Source of the DNA: Candidatus Aenigmatarchaeota archaeon | GTDB taxonomy: Archaea > Aenigmatarchaeota > Aenigmatarchaeia > QMZP01 > QMZT01 | Assembly (NCBI GenBank): GCA_003663325.1 | Contig: QMZT01000003.1 | Span: 1-47,570 of the forward strand | Length of the DNA: 47,570 nucleotides | Direction of reading: 5' to 3' | Shown here: in pieces, positions 18,690-27,600 of the stretch | Layout: each line of letters starts with the position of its first letter | How positions within the stretch are numbered: the stretch's first letter is position 1 | The notes under the pieces: generated by a model | What the model was told of the DNA's origin: nothing | Seen by the model: the letters and a program-made list of their open reading frames with translations, nothing else | Database searches by the model: none | Made by a program: the position numbers and the translations under genes

Positions 18690-20366
18690 ATGGCCGCCAA
18701 TAATCTGAAGGAGATCGCAATAAAGTATGCCTTGCATAATGCTATTTTACATGATGGAAAGGCAAGCTTTGTCCATGTAATGGGCAAACTGATAGCATGG
18801 GATAAAGAATTGAAGAAGGATATAGCCAGGGTTAAAGAGGTTGTCAATCAAGCTATTGAGGAAGTTAACAGCATGCATAAAGAAGAGCAAGTGAAGATGC
18901 TTGAAAAGCTCGATCCAGAGATGCTCAAGAAAGAGGAGCATAAAAAGACGGAGCTGCCAGAGCTTGTAGGAGCAAAACCTGGGCATGTTGTTACAAGATT
19001 TGCACCATCCCCCACAGGACCGCTAACATTAGGCCAATTCCTAAGGGCCGTTGTGTTAAGCCATTATTATGCAAGACGCTATAATGGTAAATTTATACTA
19101 AGGTTTGAGGACACGGATCCGAGAAAAATAGAAAAAAGGTTTTATGAGTGGATAAAGGAGGATTTGAAGGCATGCGGCATTGATTATGATGCTGTTGTTT
19201 TGCAATCTGAAAGGCTAGAGCTGTATTACACTCACGCGAAGAAATTGATAAATAGCGGCAATGCCTATGTATGCACATGCTCTAAGGATTCATTTATTCG
19301 TTTCAAGAGCAAACTGGAAGAATGTCCATGCAGAGCTCTTTCTATAGAAGAGCATCTGGAAAGATGGGAAAGGATGTTTAAGGAATATAAAGAAGGGAGC
19401 GCTGTGGTCAGGCTGAAGCTAAGCATGAGGGATAAAAATCCAGTGCTGAGGGATCCGCCAATAATGAGAATAATAGACCACCCACACCCCTTGCAGGGGT
19501 GTAAATACAGGGTCTGGCCACTTTATAACTTTTGCTGTGCAATAGATGATCACCTGCTTGGTATAACGCATGTATTTAGAGGAAAAGAGCATGAACACAA
19601 TACTGCTATACAGAGAAAAATACATAGTATGTTTGGCTGGCATATGCCCATAATTATAAACTTCGGGATGATAAAGATGCCGGGCAAAATGATACATACA
19701 AGGGATATAAAGGTGATGATAAAAGAAGGTAAGGTTGAAGGTTGGGATGATCCGAGCTTGCCTACAATAAGGGCACTGCTCAGGCGTGGGTTTATGCCAC
19801 AAGCAATTAAAGAGTGTGGCTTGTCATGCGGGCTATCCAAGACCGATATAGAGTTTAGTTGGGAGAATTTGTACGGTTTTAATAGAAGACTTGTGGATAG
19901 TATCGCAAACAGGTACATGGTTGTGATAAAGCCTATAAAGATAGAAATTGACGGGGCACCTAAAATAAAAATGGCTAAAGAGCCTTATCACCCAAACCAT
20001 CCGGAGAGGGGAGAGAAGGTTTTGCCTGTCGATACAAAAAATATATATATAAGCCATGATGATTTTAAGCGCTTTAACGGAGGCGTGGTCAGATTAAAGG
20101 GCTTGTTTAATATTAAGCTTGGGAAAAAATCTACCTATAAGGGAAATGAGTTAGTGGAGGATATGCCAAAGATACAGTGGGTTTCAAAGCCAAATGTTGA
20201 GGTGGAAATAAAAAGGCCTGAAGGAAAAGAGCATGGACTGGGGGAGGTAAATTTAGTGAAAGAGGCACAGGGTAAAATTATACAGATGGAAAGGATAGGA
20301 TTTGGTAGGATAGATGGAATAGATGAAAAAAAGGGCAAGGTTTGCATATACTTTGCCCATAAATAG
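18690..20366 (+). CDS. gltX: Glutamate--tRNA ligase (archaeal type)
   Basis: VVTRFAPSPTG, LRFEDTDP, AYVCTC, WPLYNF..AIDDHLLGITHV.RGKEH, GWDDP.LPT.....RRG, QMERIGFGR, FAHK end. Confidence 0.95.
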   Translation: MAANNLKEIAIKYALHNAILHDGKASFVHVMGKLIAWDKELKKDIARVKEVVNQAIEEVNSMHKEEQVKMLEKLDPEMLKKEEHKKTELPELVGAKPGHVVTRFAPSPTGPLTLGQFLRAVVLSHYYARRYNGKFILRFEDTDPRKIEKRFYEWIKEDLKACGIDYDAVVLQSERLELYYTHAKKLINSGNAYVCTCSKDSFIRFKSKLEECPCRALSIEEHLERWERMFKEYKEGSAVVRLKLSMRDKNPVLRDPPIMRIIDHPHPLQGCKYRVWPLYNFCCAIDDHLLGITHVFRGKEHEHNTAIQRKIHSMFGWHMPIIINFGMIKMPGKMIHTRDIKVMIKEGKVEGWDDPSLPTIRALLRRGFMPQAIKECGLSCGLSKTDIEFSWENLYGFNRRLVDSIANRYMVVIKPIKIEIDGAPKIKMAKEPYHPNHPERGEKVLPVDTKNIYISHDDFKRFNGGVVRLKGLFNIKLGKKSTYKGNELVEDMPKIQWVSKPNVEVEIKRPEGKEHGLGEVNLVKEAQGKIIQMERIGFGRIDGIDEKKGKVCIYFAHK

Positions 20367-20404
20367 TTTGAAAAAATATATTAAAGGTGCGATAAGAATT
20401 AAAT

Positions 20405-20758
20405 ATGGGTATAAGAGCTTTTGTGGCGATCTTCACACTATTCATTATCTTACTTAGCGGTTGTGTTACAACAGAGAAAACAGAGAATAAAGAGATTAGT
20501 GCGAGAGAGAAATGCATAGAGCTTTGTAAGGCAGAGCTTAAGAGGGGTAGTGATCTCTCTTCTGGCCCTTGCTTAAGTGATAATAATCCTGAGTGGGATG
20601 TAGACGGCTGGGTGTGTGATGTTGCACACTGGCCAAGAGAGGATGTGGATAATTTGAGAGAAAACCAATGTGATGGGTGGTGGGAAGCAAAAAATGCTGG
20701 CAAGGAAGTGCATTTCGTTGAGGTCACGCCTGAGTGTAAATTTATAAGGGCGATATGA
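20405..20758 (+). CDS. Small Cys-rich lipoprotein of unknown function
   Basis: Lipobox LLSGC; C...C, GPCL, WVCDVAH.PR, NQC, HFVEV..EC. Confidence 0.8.
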   Translation: MGIRAFVAIFTLFIILLSGCVTTEKTENKEISAREKCIELCKAELKRGSDLSSGPCLSDNNPEWDVDGWVCDVAHWPREDVDNLRENQCDGWWEAKNAGKEVHFVEVTPECKFIRAI

Positions 20759-21060
20759 TGTCAGCTATCTTGCTTAAGATCATTAAAGAGCTTGTAACCA
20801 AAACAGGCAGACCTGTTTATACAAAAGAGATATTGAGAGCTGTAGAGAAAGCCAATCATATAGAAATGGAGAATATCGGAAGAAATCTTGCATTGCTCGA
20901 GAGGAAGGGCTTTTTAAACAGCGTATTTGATGAGAGCACTAAAGACTATGTATGGATGATATCCTTTGATAATTACTACAAAAACCTCATAAAGGAGTTT
21001 GAAGAATTGATGAGCTATTCCCTCTATTCTGTTGATATCCTAACCAATAAAGAAGGATAA
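20755..21060 (+). CDS. Small winged-helix-like hypothetical protein
   Basis: GRPVYTKEI...IGRNLALLERKGFL helix-turn-helix/wing pattern; overlaps the upstream stop (ATGA). Confidence 0.6.
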   Translation: MMSAILLKIIKELVTKTGRPVYTKEILRAVEKANHIEMENIGRNLALLERKGFLNSVFDESTKDYVWMISFDNYYKNLIKEFEELMSYSLYSVDILTNKEG

Positions 21061-21061
21061 G

Positions 21062-21544
21062 ATGCTAATAATTGTTGCCGGGCTCCCAGGAAGTGGCAAG
21101 ACAACACTTGCAAATGCGCTCAAGAATAAAATAAACGCTGTTGTTCTCTCGAGCGATCGCATAAGAAAGAGGCTATTTAAAAACCCATCCTATAGTGAGG
21201 AAGAAAAGAGGCTTGTATACGAGGTTATGTTTTTGATCGCAGAGATTGTTTTAGCTAATAAGCTAAATTGTATACTTGATGCAACATTTTATAAAAAAGA
21301 ACTAAGAGCACGTGCTTTTAACATTGCTAACAAGTTTAAAACAAAGTTTTTTATCATAGAATGCGTAATGCCTGCTATGCTGATCAAAAAGAGAATAGAA
21401 AACAGGCCTGAATCTGATGCCGATTTCGAGGTTTATAAAAAGATCAAAGCCGAGTTTGAGAGTATAGATGAAGTACACATAGTGGCTGATATGAGTAAAG
21501 GCATAGAAGATGTTATAGCAGAGGTGCTTAAAAATATAAAATAA
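21062..21544 (+). CDS. AAA_33-type P-loop kinase (predicted nucleotide/gluconate kinase-like)
   Basis: GLPGSGKT, SSDRIRK, ILDATF, SDA...VY. Confidence 0.88.
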   Translation: MLIIVAGLPGSGKTTLANALKNKINAVVLSSDRIRKRLFKNPSYSEEEKRLVYEVMFLIAEIVLANKLNCILDATFYKKELRARAFNIANKFKTKFFIIECVMPAMLIKKRIENRPESDADFEVYKKIKAEFESIDEVHIVADMSKGIEDVIAEVLKNIK

Positions 21545-21557
21545 AACAAAAAATCAA

Positions 21558-21890
21558 TTACTTTTTCTTCTTCCTCTTTTTTGCCCTTCCCTTCTTTTGT
21601 GTTTTCTTTGTCTCCTTCTCTGACTCCTCTTCTATCTCTTTAAGCTCTTTTTCCAACTCTTCTTCTTCAAGCTCCTTTTCCATCTTTAGCTCATCCAGCT
21701 CTAGCCAGACAATGAATAACCCTATCAGGATTAAAAATGCGGGTATTGACCCACTTACTATCACTATCAAATTTCCTAGCCAGTCTATGCCTGTAACTGG
21801 TGTCCAAAAGAGTCCAACAGAGTCTGCATATAGGAAGAGCCCGACCACCAAGAGGATAATCCCTATTATTATTTTTCCAATAATGCCCAT
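21558..21890 (-). CDS. Small two-TM membrane protein with acidic then Lys-rich tail
   Basis: Two hydrophobic helices followed by ELDELKMEKELEEEE...KKRKKKK. Confidence 0.75.
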   Translation of the reverse strand: MGIIGKIIIGIILLVVGLFLYADSVGLFWTPVTGIDWLGNLIVIVSGSIPAFLILIGLFIVWLELDELKMEKELEEEELEKELKEIEEESEKETKKTQKKGRAKKRKKKK

Positions 21891-21986
21891 TGAATCACCT
21901 GATTTTATAATTTTATATATTTATTTGCTTTTATATATGTTTAATTAAACGATAGAGTTAAATATTTAACCTGTTATAATGGTAAT

Positions 21987-22487
21987 ATGCAACTGTGTAA
22001 CATTTGGAAGAATAGCGAAGCAAGGGATATAGTTAAGGGCAGGCTTGTTTTGTGGAGAAAAGAGGGTACAGTTGTAAGAGTGGAGAAACCAACAAGGCTT
22101 GAGAGAGCAAGGAGGCTTGGGTATAAAGCGAAACATGGCTTTGTTGTTGTTAGGGTAAGGGTTAAGAAGGGGAAAAGGAAAAGGCCAAAGGTGAGTGGTG
22201 GAAGGGTTCCCAAAAAAGCTGGAAGGTTTTTCACGCTTGGAAAGAGCAAGCAGGTTGTTGCAGAGGAAAAGGCAGCGAGGAAATATCCTAACATGGAGGT
22301 ATTGAATTCGTACTATGTTGGAGAAGATGGTCAATATAAGTGGTACGAGGTTATAATGGTGGATCCTGCCCACCCAGAAATAAAGGCTGATAAGGATATT
22401 AATTGGATATGCAAGCCGGTGCATAAAGGAAGGGCATTTAGGGGTTTAACCTCGGCAGGAAAGAAGAGCAGAGGGTTGAGGGCTTAA
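21987..22487 (+). CDS. rpl15e: 50S ribosomal protein L15e
   Basis: [65 protein letters not shown]. Confidence 0.97.
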   Translation: MQLCNIWKNSEARDIVKGRLVLWRKEGTVVRVEKPTRLERARRLGYKAKHGFVVVRVRVKKGKRKRPKVSGGRVPKKAGRFFTLGKSKQVVAEEKAARKYPNMEVLNSYYVGEDGQYKWYEVIMVDPAHPEIKADKDINWICKPVHKGRAFRGLTSAGKKSRGLRA

Positions 22488-22494
22488 AATTAAA

Positions 22495-22779
22495 TCATTT
22501 CCTTTTTAGCTTTATCTTCTCTTCGTACTTATCGGGCACTATGTTAGCTCTTTGCAATTTTATAAGTATATAGCTTGTTATAACAGCTATTGCTGTAATG
22601 ATTATTGCCGAGATGTACTTCCATAACAAGCCCTCGCTTTTTGGGAGAAACAGCTCTATGGTCTCTTTTATCGCATCCCGCCATGAAAAGGCAACAAGGA
22701 AGCCAAGAGCTGAAAGCACCATCGTTATTATAATACCCTTTATGTTGAGTTTCTCAACCTCTTCCTCAAACTTTGCCAT
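22495..22779 (-). CDS. Small membrane protein (DUF5654-like)
   Basis: SALGFLVAFSWRDAI...YISAIIITAIAV two-helix pattern; ATG at 22779 chosen as likely start. Confidence 0.7.
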   Translation of the reverse strand: MAKFEEEVEKLNIKGIIITMVLSALGFLVAFSWRDAIKETIELFLPKSEGLLWKYISAIIITAIAVITSYILIKLQRANIVPDKYEEKIKLKRK

Positions 22780-22879
22780 AATAACACCAGATAAGAATTT
22801 GGTTGCGTAAAGATTTTTAAAGTTTTTGGTCATTTTATAAAATAATTACTTAAAAATAGTAAAATTAGGTGGTGAGGAT

Positions 22880-24610
22880 ATGGGAAAGGAAGGTTATTTG
22901 TTTGATTGGCTTGGCTGGGATGCGTTTCCGTATGTTGAAGCCTTACAAAAACAAAGATCAAACATAGGGAATGTAGATAAAGAAGATGAGAGATATGTGC
23001 TTGGAGGCGAAGCATTGCCTGCAGTGCTCATAAACCTTGCACCAGAAGGAAGGGATGCATTGGTATCACTTCTTTCTAGGCCAACAATTGATGAAATTAG
23101 AGAGGCAAGAGAAGAGGTTGGCAATGGCTTTGATCCTGACGAATTTGTAAAGCAAAGCTCCCCATTTTATGATCCTGAGGAAGATTACGAAAAGCCTGAT
23201 GCAGAAAACCTTAATTTTGGACCAAAAGGGAAGGTAAGCAGAAATAGCGGAATTATAGGAGGTTTTGCAGCTTTAATGTTGCCTTTTGTTCCTTTAGCTG
23301 GGCAAATAGATATGGGCAGTGCTGGTAAGGCAATATATAATAGCTTAATACCAAGCGCTAGTGCTGCAGAACCTGTTGCAGATAGTACTGCCAGTGCTAT
23401 AGATTCTACTACCGTGCAAGCGGGAAGAGGTATATATGAAAGCATGGAGGGAATGTGCGAAGAGATAGGTGCAATGAGCGATTCCCTAAATGCAATGATA
23501 GCAATAGCAGACACAACCTCTCTAAAGTTAGCGGAGCAATATGATGAGCAAATAGCAAAAATTGATAGCTCATTTTCAAGCCTCGCTAAAAATCTGAAAA
23601 GGTATTTACAAACAAAGGTTAGTGCCGATTCCACTGAGCTTAATTACCTTTTAAGAGTAGAGTGGAGATTAAAAAGATACAGCGATGAGCTAAAGAGAGC
23701 AAAAAATTGTGAGGAGTTAAGATATAAGTTTAATATTGATGAAAAATTAGAAGAGGTCAAGGATTTATTAAAGGAAATAGAAGCAAGAAAGAAAGAGCTT
23801 AAAAAAAGAATCAAAGAAAACAGAAAATTGTACAGAGATGGGGGAGTTGAGGCTCCAAGGATAGAACATTACGATCTTGGATTCGGTTTGTATGGGATTA
23901 ATTCTGAACTAGAAAGTGACAGGGTAACAAGAGTGGAAGAAAGAGGAAGCGTAGCGAGGGGTGAGGCTGTTTTATCTTCTCAACGTTCACCGCCTATACT
24001 ATTAGGTTTTGATCTGGAAACAGCAGAGACGGGGAGAGGTGAAACAAGTACAGGAGAATATGTAATAAGGAGTAAAGCTGAGGGTAATATAATTGTAGGG
24101 AATACAGCTCTGCGTTGGGGTGATGAGGGTGTAAGGTTTGGAGCTGGTATTAATTTATTATGGGACAGGGTGAGATTTGGATATGAGGCAAGAAATGGAA
24201 CCAAAATGGAGGATGTTAGGAAAAGAAGTGGAGCGAGCATAGAATTGCTTGCTGGTTACGTAAAGGATATAGATAAGCATAGAATAGGTGTTATAGGTGG
24301 TTTACAAACAAGCTTTTATAGGAGCGATGGGAGCAATGAAAAGGCTGTGACAATAAGACCATGCCTTTTTGTTTCAAGAAGGGAAAGCGGGATCTATGCT
24401 GTATCGATAATACCAGAACTTACTTATAGGGAAATGGTAAGGGGTGATATAGAAAGGTCTGGATGGGAATACGCACTCAGCGTAGAGGTTCCCTTTATAG
24501 TACCAGGAATGTATATACATGGTGAATGCTCTCAGTATTGTGGTGATTATTCCGGTAATAAATGGGAAAGATCAAGTTCTGGAAAACTCTATCTAGGAAT
24601 AAGAAAATAA
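22880..24610 (+). CDS. Hypothetical exported protein: acidic N-terminal region, internal signal-like segment, coiled coil, C-terminal predicted beta-barrel
   Basis: SD GGTGGTGAGG before the ATG; hydrophobic IIGGFAALMLPFVPLA and PSASA|AEP; heptad-rich helix; about 12 alternating amphipathic strands. The ORF is well supported; the fold is inferred. Confidence 0.7.
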   Translation: MGKEGYLFDWLGWDAFPYVEALQKQRSNIGNVDKEDERYVLGGEALPAVLINLAPEGRDALVSLLSRPTIDEIREAREEVGNGFDPDEFVKQSSPFYDPEEDYEKPDAENLNFGPKGKVSRNSGIIGGFAALMLPFVPLAGQIDMGSAGKAIYNSLIPSASAAEPVADSTASAIDSTTVQAGRGIYESMEGMCEEIGAMSDSLNAMIAIADTTSLKLAEQYDEQIAKIDSSFSSLAKNLKRYLQTKVSADSTELNYLLRVEWRLKRYSDELKRAKNCEELRYKFNIDEKLEEVKDLLKEIEARKKELKKRIKENRKLYRDGGVEAPRIEHYDLGFGLYGINSELESDRVTRVEERGSVARGEAVLSSQRSPPILLGFDLETAETGRGETSTGEYVIRSKAEGNIIVGNTALRWGDEGVRFGAGINLLWDRVRFGYEARNGTKMEDVRKRSGASIELLAGYVKDIDKHRIGVIGGLQTSFYRSDGSNEKAVTIRPCLFVSRRESGIYAVSIIPELTYREMVRGDIERSGWEYALSVEVPFIVPGMYIHGECSQYCGDYSGNKWERSSSGKLYLGIRK

Positions 24611-24611
24611 G

Positions 24612-27600
24612 GTGATAGAAATAAGATTGAAAGAATCGGTAATGGTTTTATGTATATTGTTTGCTATGTTTCCCTTAGTTTCAGCTTTAGATGTAGACAT
24701 AGCGCCAGCTAAGCCTCATACGAGCGATGATTTAAAATGCAATATAAATGGGTATGCAGAAGATTATCTCTTCAGATGGTATAGAAATGGAAAATACTAT
24801 ACAGAGGGATACGGCAAAGATGTTATAAGCCATGAGGAAACAAAAAAGGGTGATAAATGGGAATGTAGAGTTTATAGCTATCTTGGTTCTTTTGGGCTAA
24901 CGGAAGCGGGCAGGGCAAGCACAAGCATAGTAAATGCCGTGCCATCAATAAGCCTTTTAGAGCCAGAAAATAATGCAATTGTTGATGATGAGTGGGTTTC
25001 ATTTAGATGGCAAGGCTATGATGAAGATGATGATGAGCTAAGCTATACACTCTTTGTTGGCAATAGCTTAGAAACCATGCAAGAGGTAGTAGAAATAAAA
25101 AGCAAGAGCTATACAATGCATGTTGAAAGAGGAGAGCAATATTATTGGAAGGTTAGAGTGTGTGATGGGCAGGAGTGTAAAGAAAGTAGAGCATGGAGCT
25201 TTAGTGTTAAAGAAGAAGTAGAGCAATGCGAGCCTGAGCTTTATGTTACCACGAACCAAATAAACTTTGGAGAAATAGAAAAGGGTTTAACGGCAGAAAG
25301 GAGCTTTTATATTGGAAATAGGGGGTGTGGAAAGCTAAGTTATAATATAGAATATGATATAGATATAGTGGTTAGCCCATCTTTTGGTATTATTGATCGG
25401 GAACAAAGTGAAAAGATAATTGTTAGAATAGATACAAACAAACTAAACCCAGGGTATTATGAAGCATACCTAAGGATAAGCTCAAATGGTGGTGCAGCAA
25501 ATGTGAAACTCATAGCCATGGTAAAAGCCAAGCCAATTCCTCAAAAGGAGCATATGCCTAAGGCATTAAATGTTCACATTGAGCCTTTGCGCCCAAAAAC
25601 AACAGACAGGCTAACATGCGAATATGATTTTTATGATGAAGATGATGATGATGAAGGCAAAAGTGTGGTAAAATGGTATAAAAATGGTATTTTTTGGAAA
25701 GCAGGGAAGGTGCTGGATAGCTCATATACAAAAAAAGGAGATGTATGGAAATGTAGTGTTGAGCCTGTTGATTCAAAAGGCAACCATGGAACTATTTCCT
25801 ATTCTCCACCTATAACAATTGAGAACTCCCCACCCAAGTTAAAGAAAAATATAGAGGATCAAATAGGGAAAGAGAGCATGGCATTTGTTATTAATCTTAG
25901 AGATTATTTTTATGATCCAGATGTAGAAGATGGAGTAGAGACGCTTACTTATTATATCCCCCCTCTCTCCCATTTTCAATCTAAATTAATAGGAGATATT
26001 GTCACTTTTACACCTCATAGCAAGCATGGAATCGAGCACATTGTTATTGTAGCAAGCGATAGCCATGCAAGCGTATCATCGAATAGATTTAAGCTTGAAA
26101 TTACCCATGAGAACATACCACCTGTTGCAAGACTTTCTGCAAACAGATATGAAATAGAGGAGCATGAAGAGGTAGTTTTTGATGCAAGCCAGAGCTATGA
26201 TGATGACGGCTATATAGTTGCGTACAAATTTAATTTTGGTGACACCGCCACGGAATGGCTTTCCGCAAGCGTAATTAGGCACGCATATAATAGGGAAGGT
26301 ATATACTATGCCTATGTTGAGGTTAAGGATAATGACGGCAAGGTTTCGAGAAGCGAAAAGCTTATGATAAATGTGCTCAAAGCTGAGCCTGAGCCAGAAA
26401 CCGTTACAGAAAATCATATACCTGTGATACATTCTCTTTCACTTCAACCATCTACGCCAGCTCCAGATGATAACCTCGTATGTTATGCTGCAGTTAGCGA
26501 TGCCGATGGGAATTTGAATAATATAGAATTTAGCTGGCTCATTAATGGTAATACTGTTAAGACGGCAAATAAAATAATAGCAGGCAGCAATGCTGAGAGG
26601 AGTGATACACTTCTAATTGACGCTCATGCGGGGGATAAAATAACGTGCAAGGTCAAGGTAGTGGATAAAAAAGGCGCATACTCAATAAGGCACGTTGAGG
26701 TAACAGTAGCAGCCCGTACACAGCCATCCATACTTTCCATTTCAATCTCCCCCTCCCATCCATCACCTACCGACACGCTTACATGTTCTGCACTCATAGA
26801 AGATGAAGATGCTGACCTAAGCACAGCAAAATTTGAATGGTATAAAAATAACCAATTCATTGCAAAAAGGGAAAAGAGCATAGAGGGTGGGAGATTAAGT
26901 GTTTCAGATAGCATATATATCCCAAAAAGTGATAGGGATATCATAACGTGTGTTTTGACAGTATATGATTCATCAACGCTTTCCTCTTCAAAGAGCGCAA
27001 GCGTTAGTATAACACAGCTGGCATTGCCAACTTTAAACGAACCACCCGTCTTTGACAGCATATCTATATACCCTTCCATACCCTTAGCTAATAATGATAT
27101 AACCTGCACCGTAAGTGTAAGTGACAGGGATGGCAATCTCAACTATGTTGTCTTTTACTGGTATGTGGATAATATCTTAGTTAAGAGTATTACAAAAGGC
27201 ATTAATGGCTACTCTGCTATAACAAGCGATACACTGCGCTCGAGCTATATAGAAAAGGATAGTATAGTAAGGTGTATGGCAAAGGTATATGATGGTAAAA
27301 ATGCGTGGAGTAAGGCTGAGAAAAGTGTAACAGTAAGCATAGTTAGCACAGCTAAAACACCGCCAAGTATAGATATTCCAGATTACCATACAATGCCTGG
27401 AAAAAGTATAGTGATTGATCTATGGGAGTATGCAAGCGATGAGGAAGATAGCGACGCAATGTTGAAATTCTTTATCCTGAGCCAGTCAGATACATCCAGT
27501 GCTTATTGTGTTATAGAGCACATGCACTATATTAAGTGCTATGCAAAGAAAGATGGAAGTAGTGTGGTATCTGTGAGGGTTTTTGATAGCTCTGGTTTAT

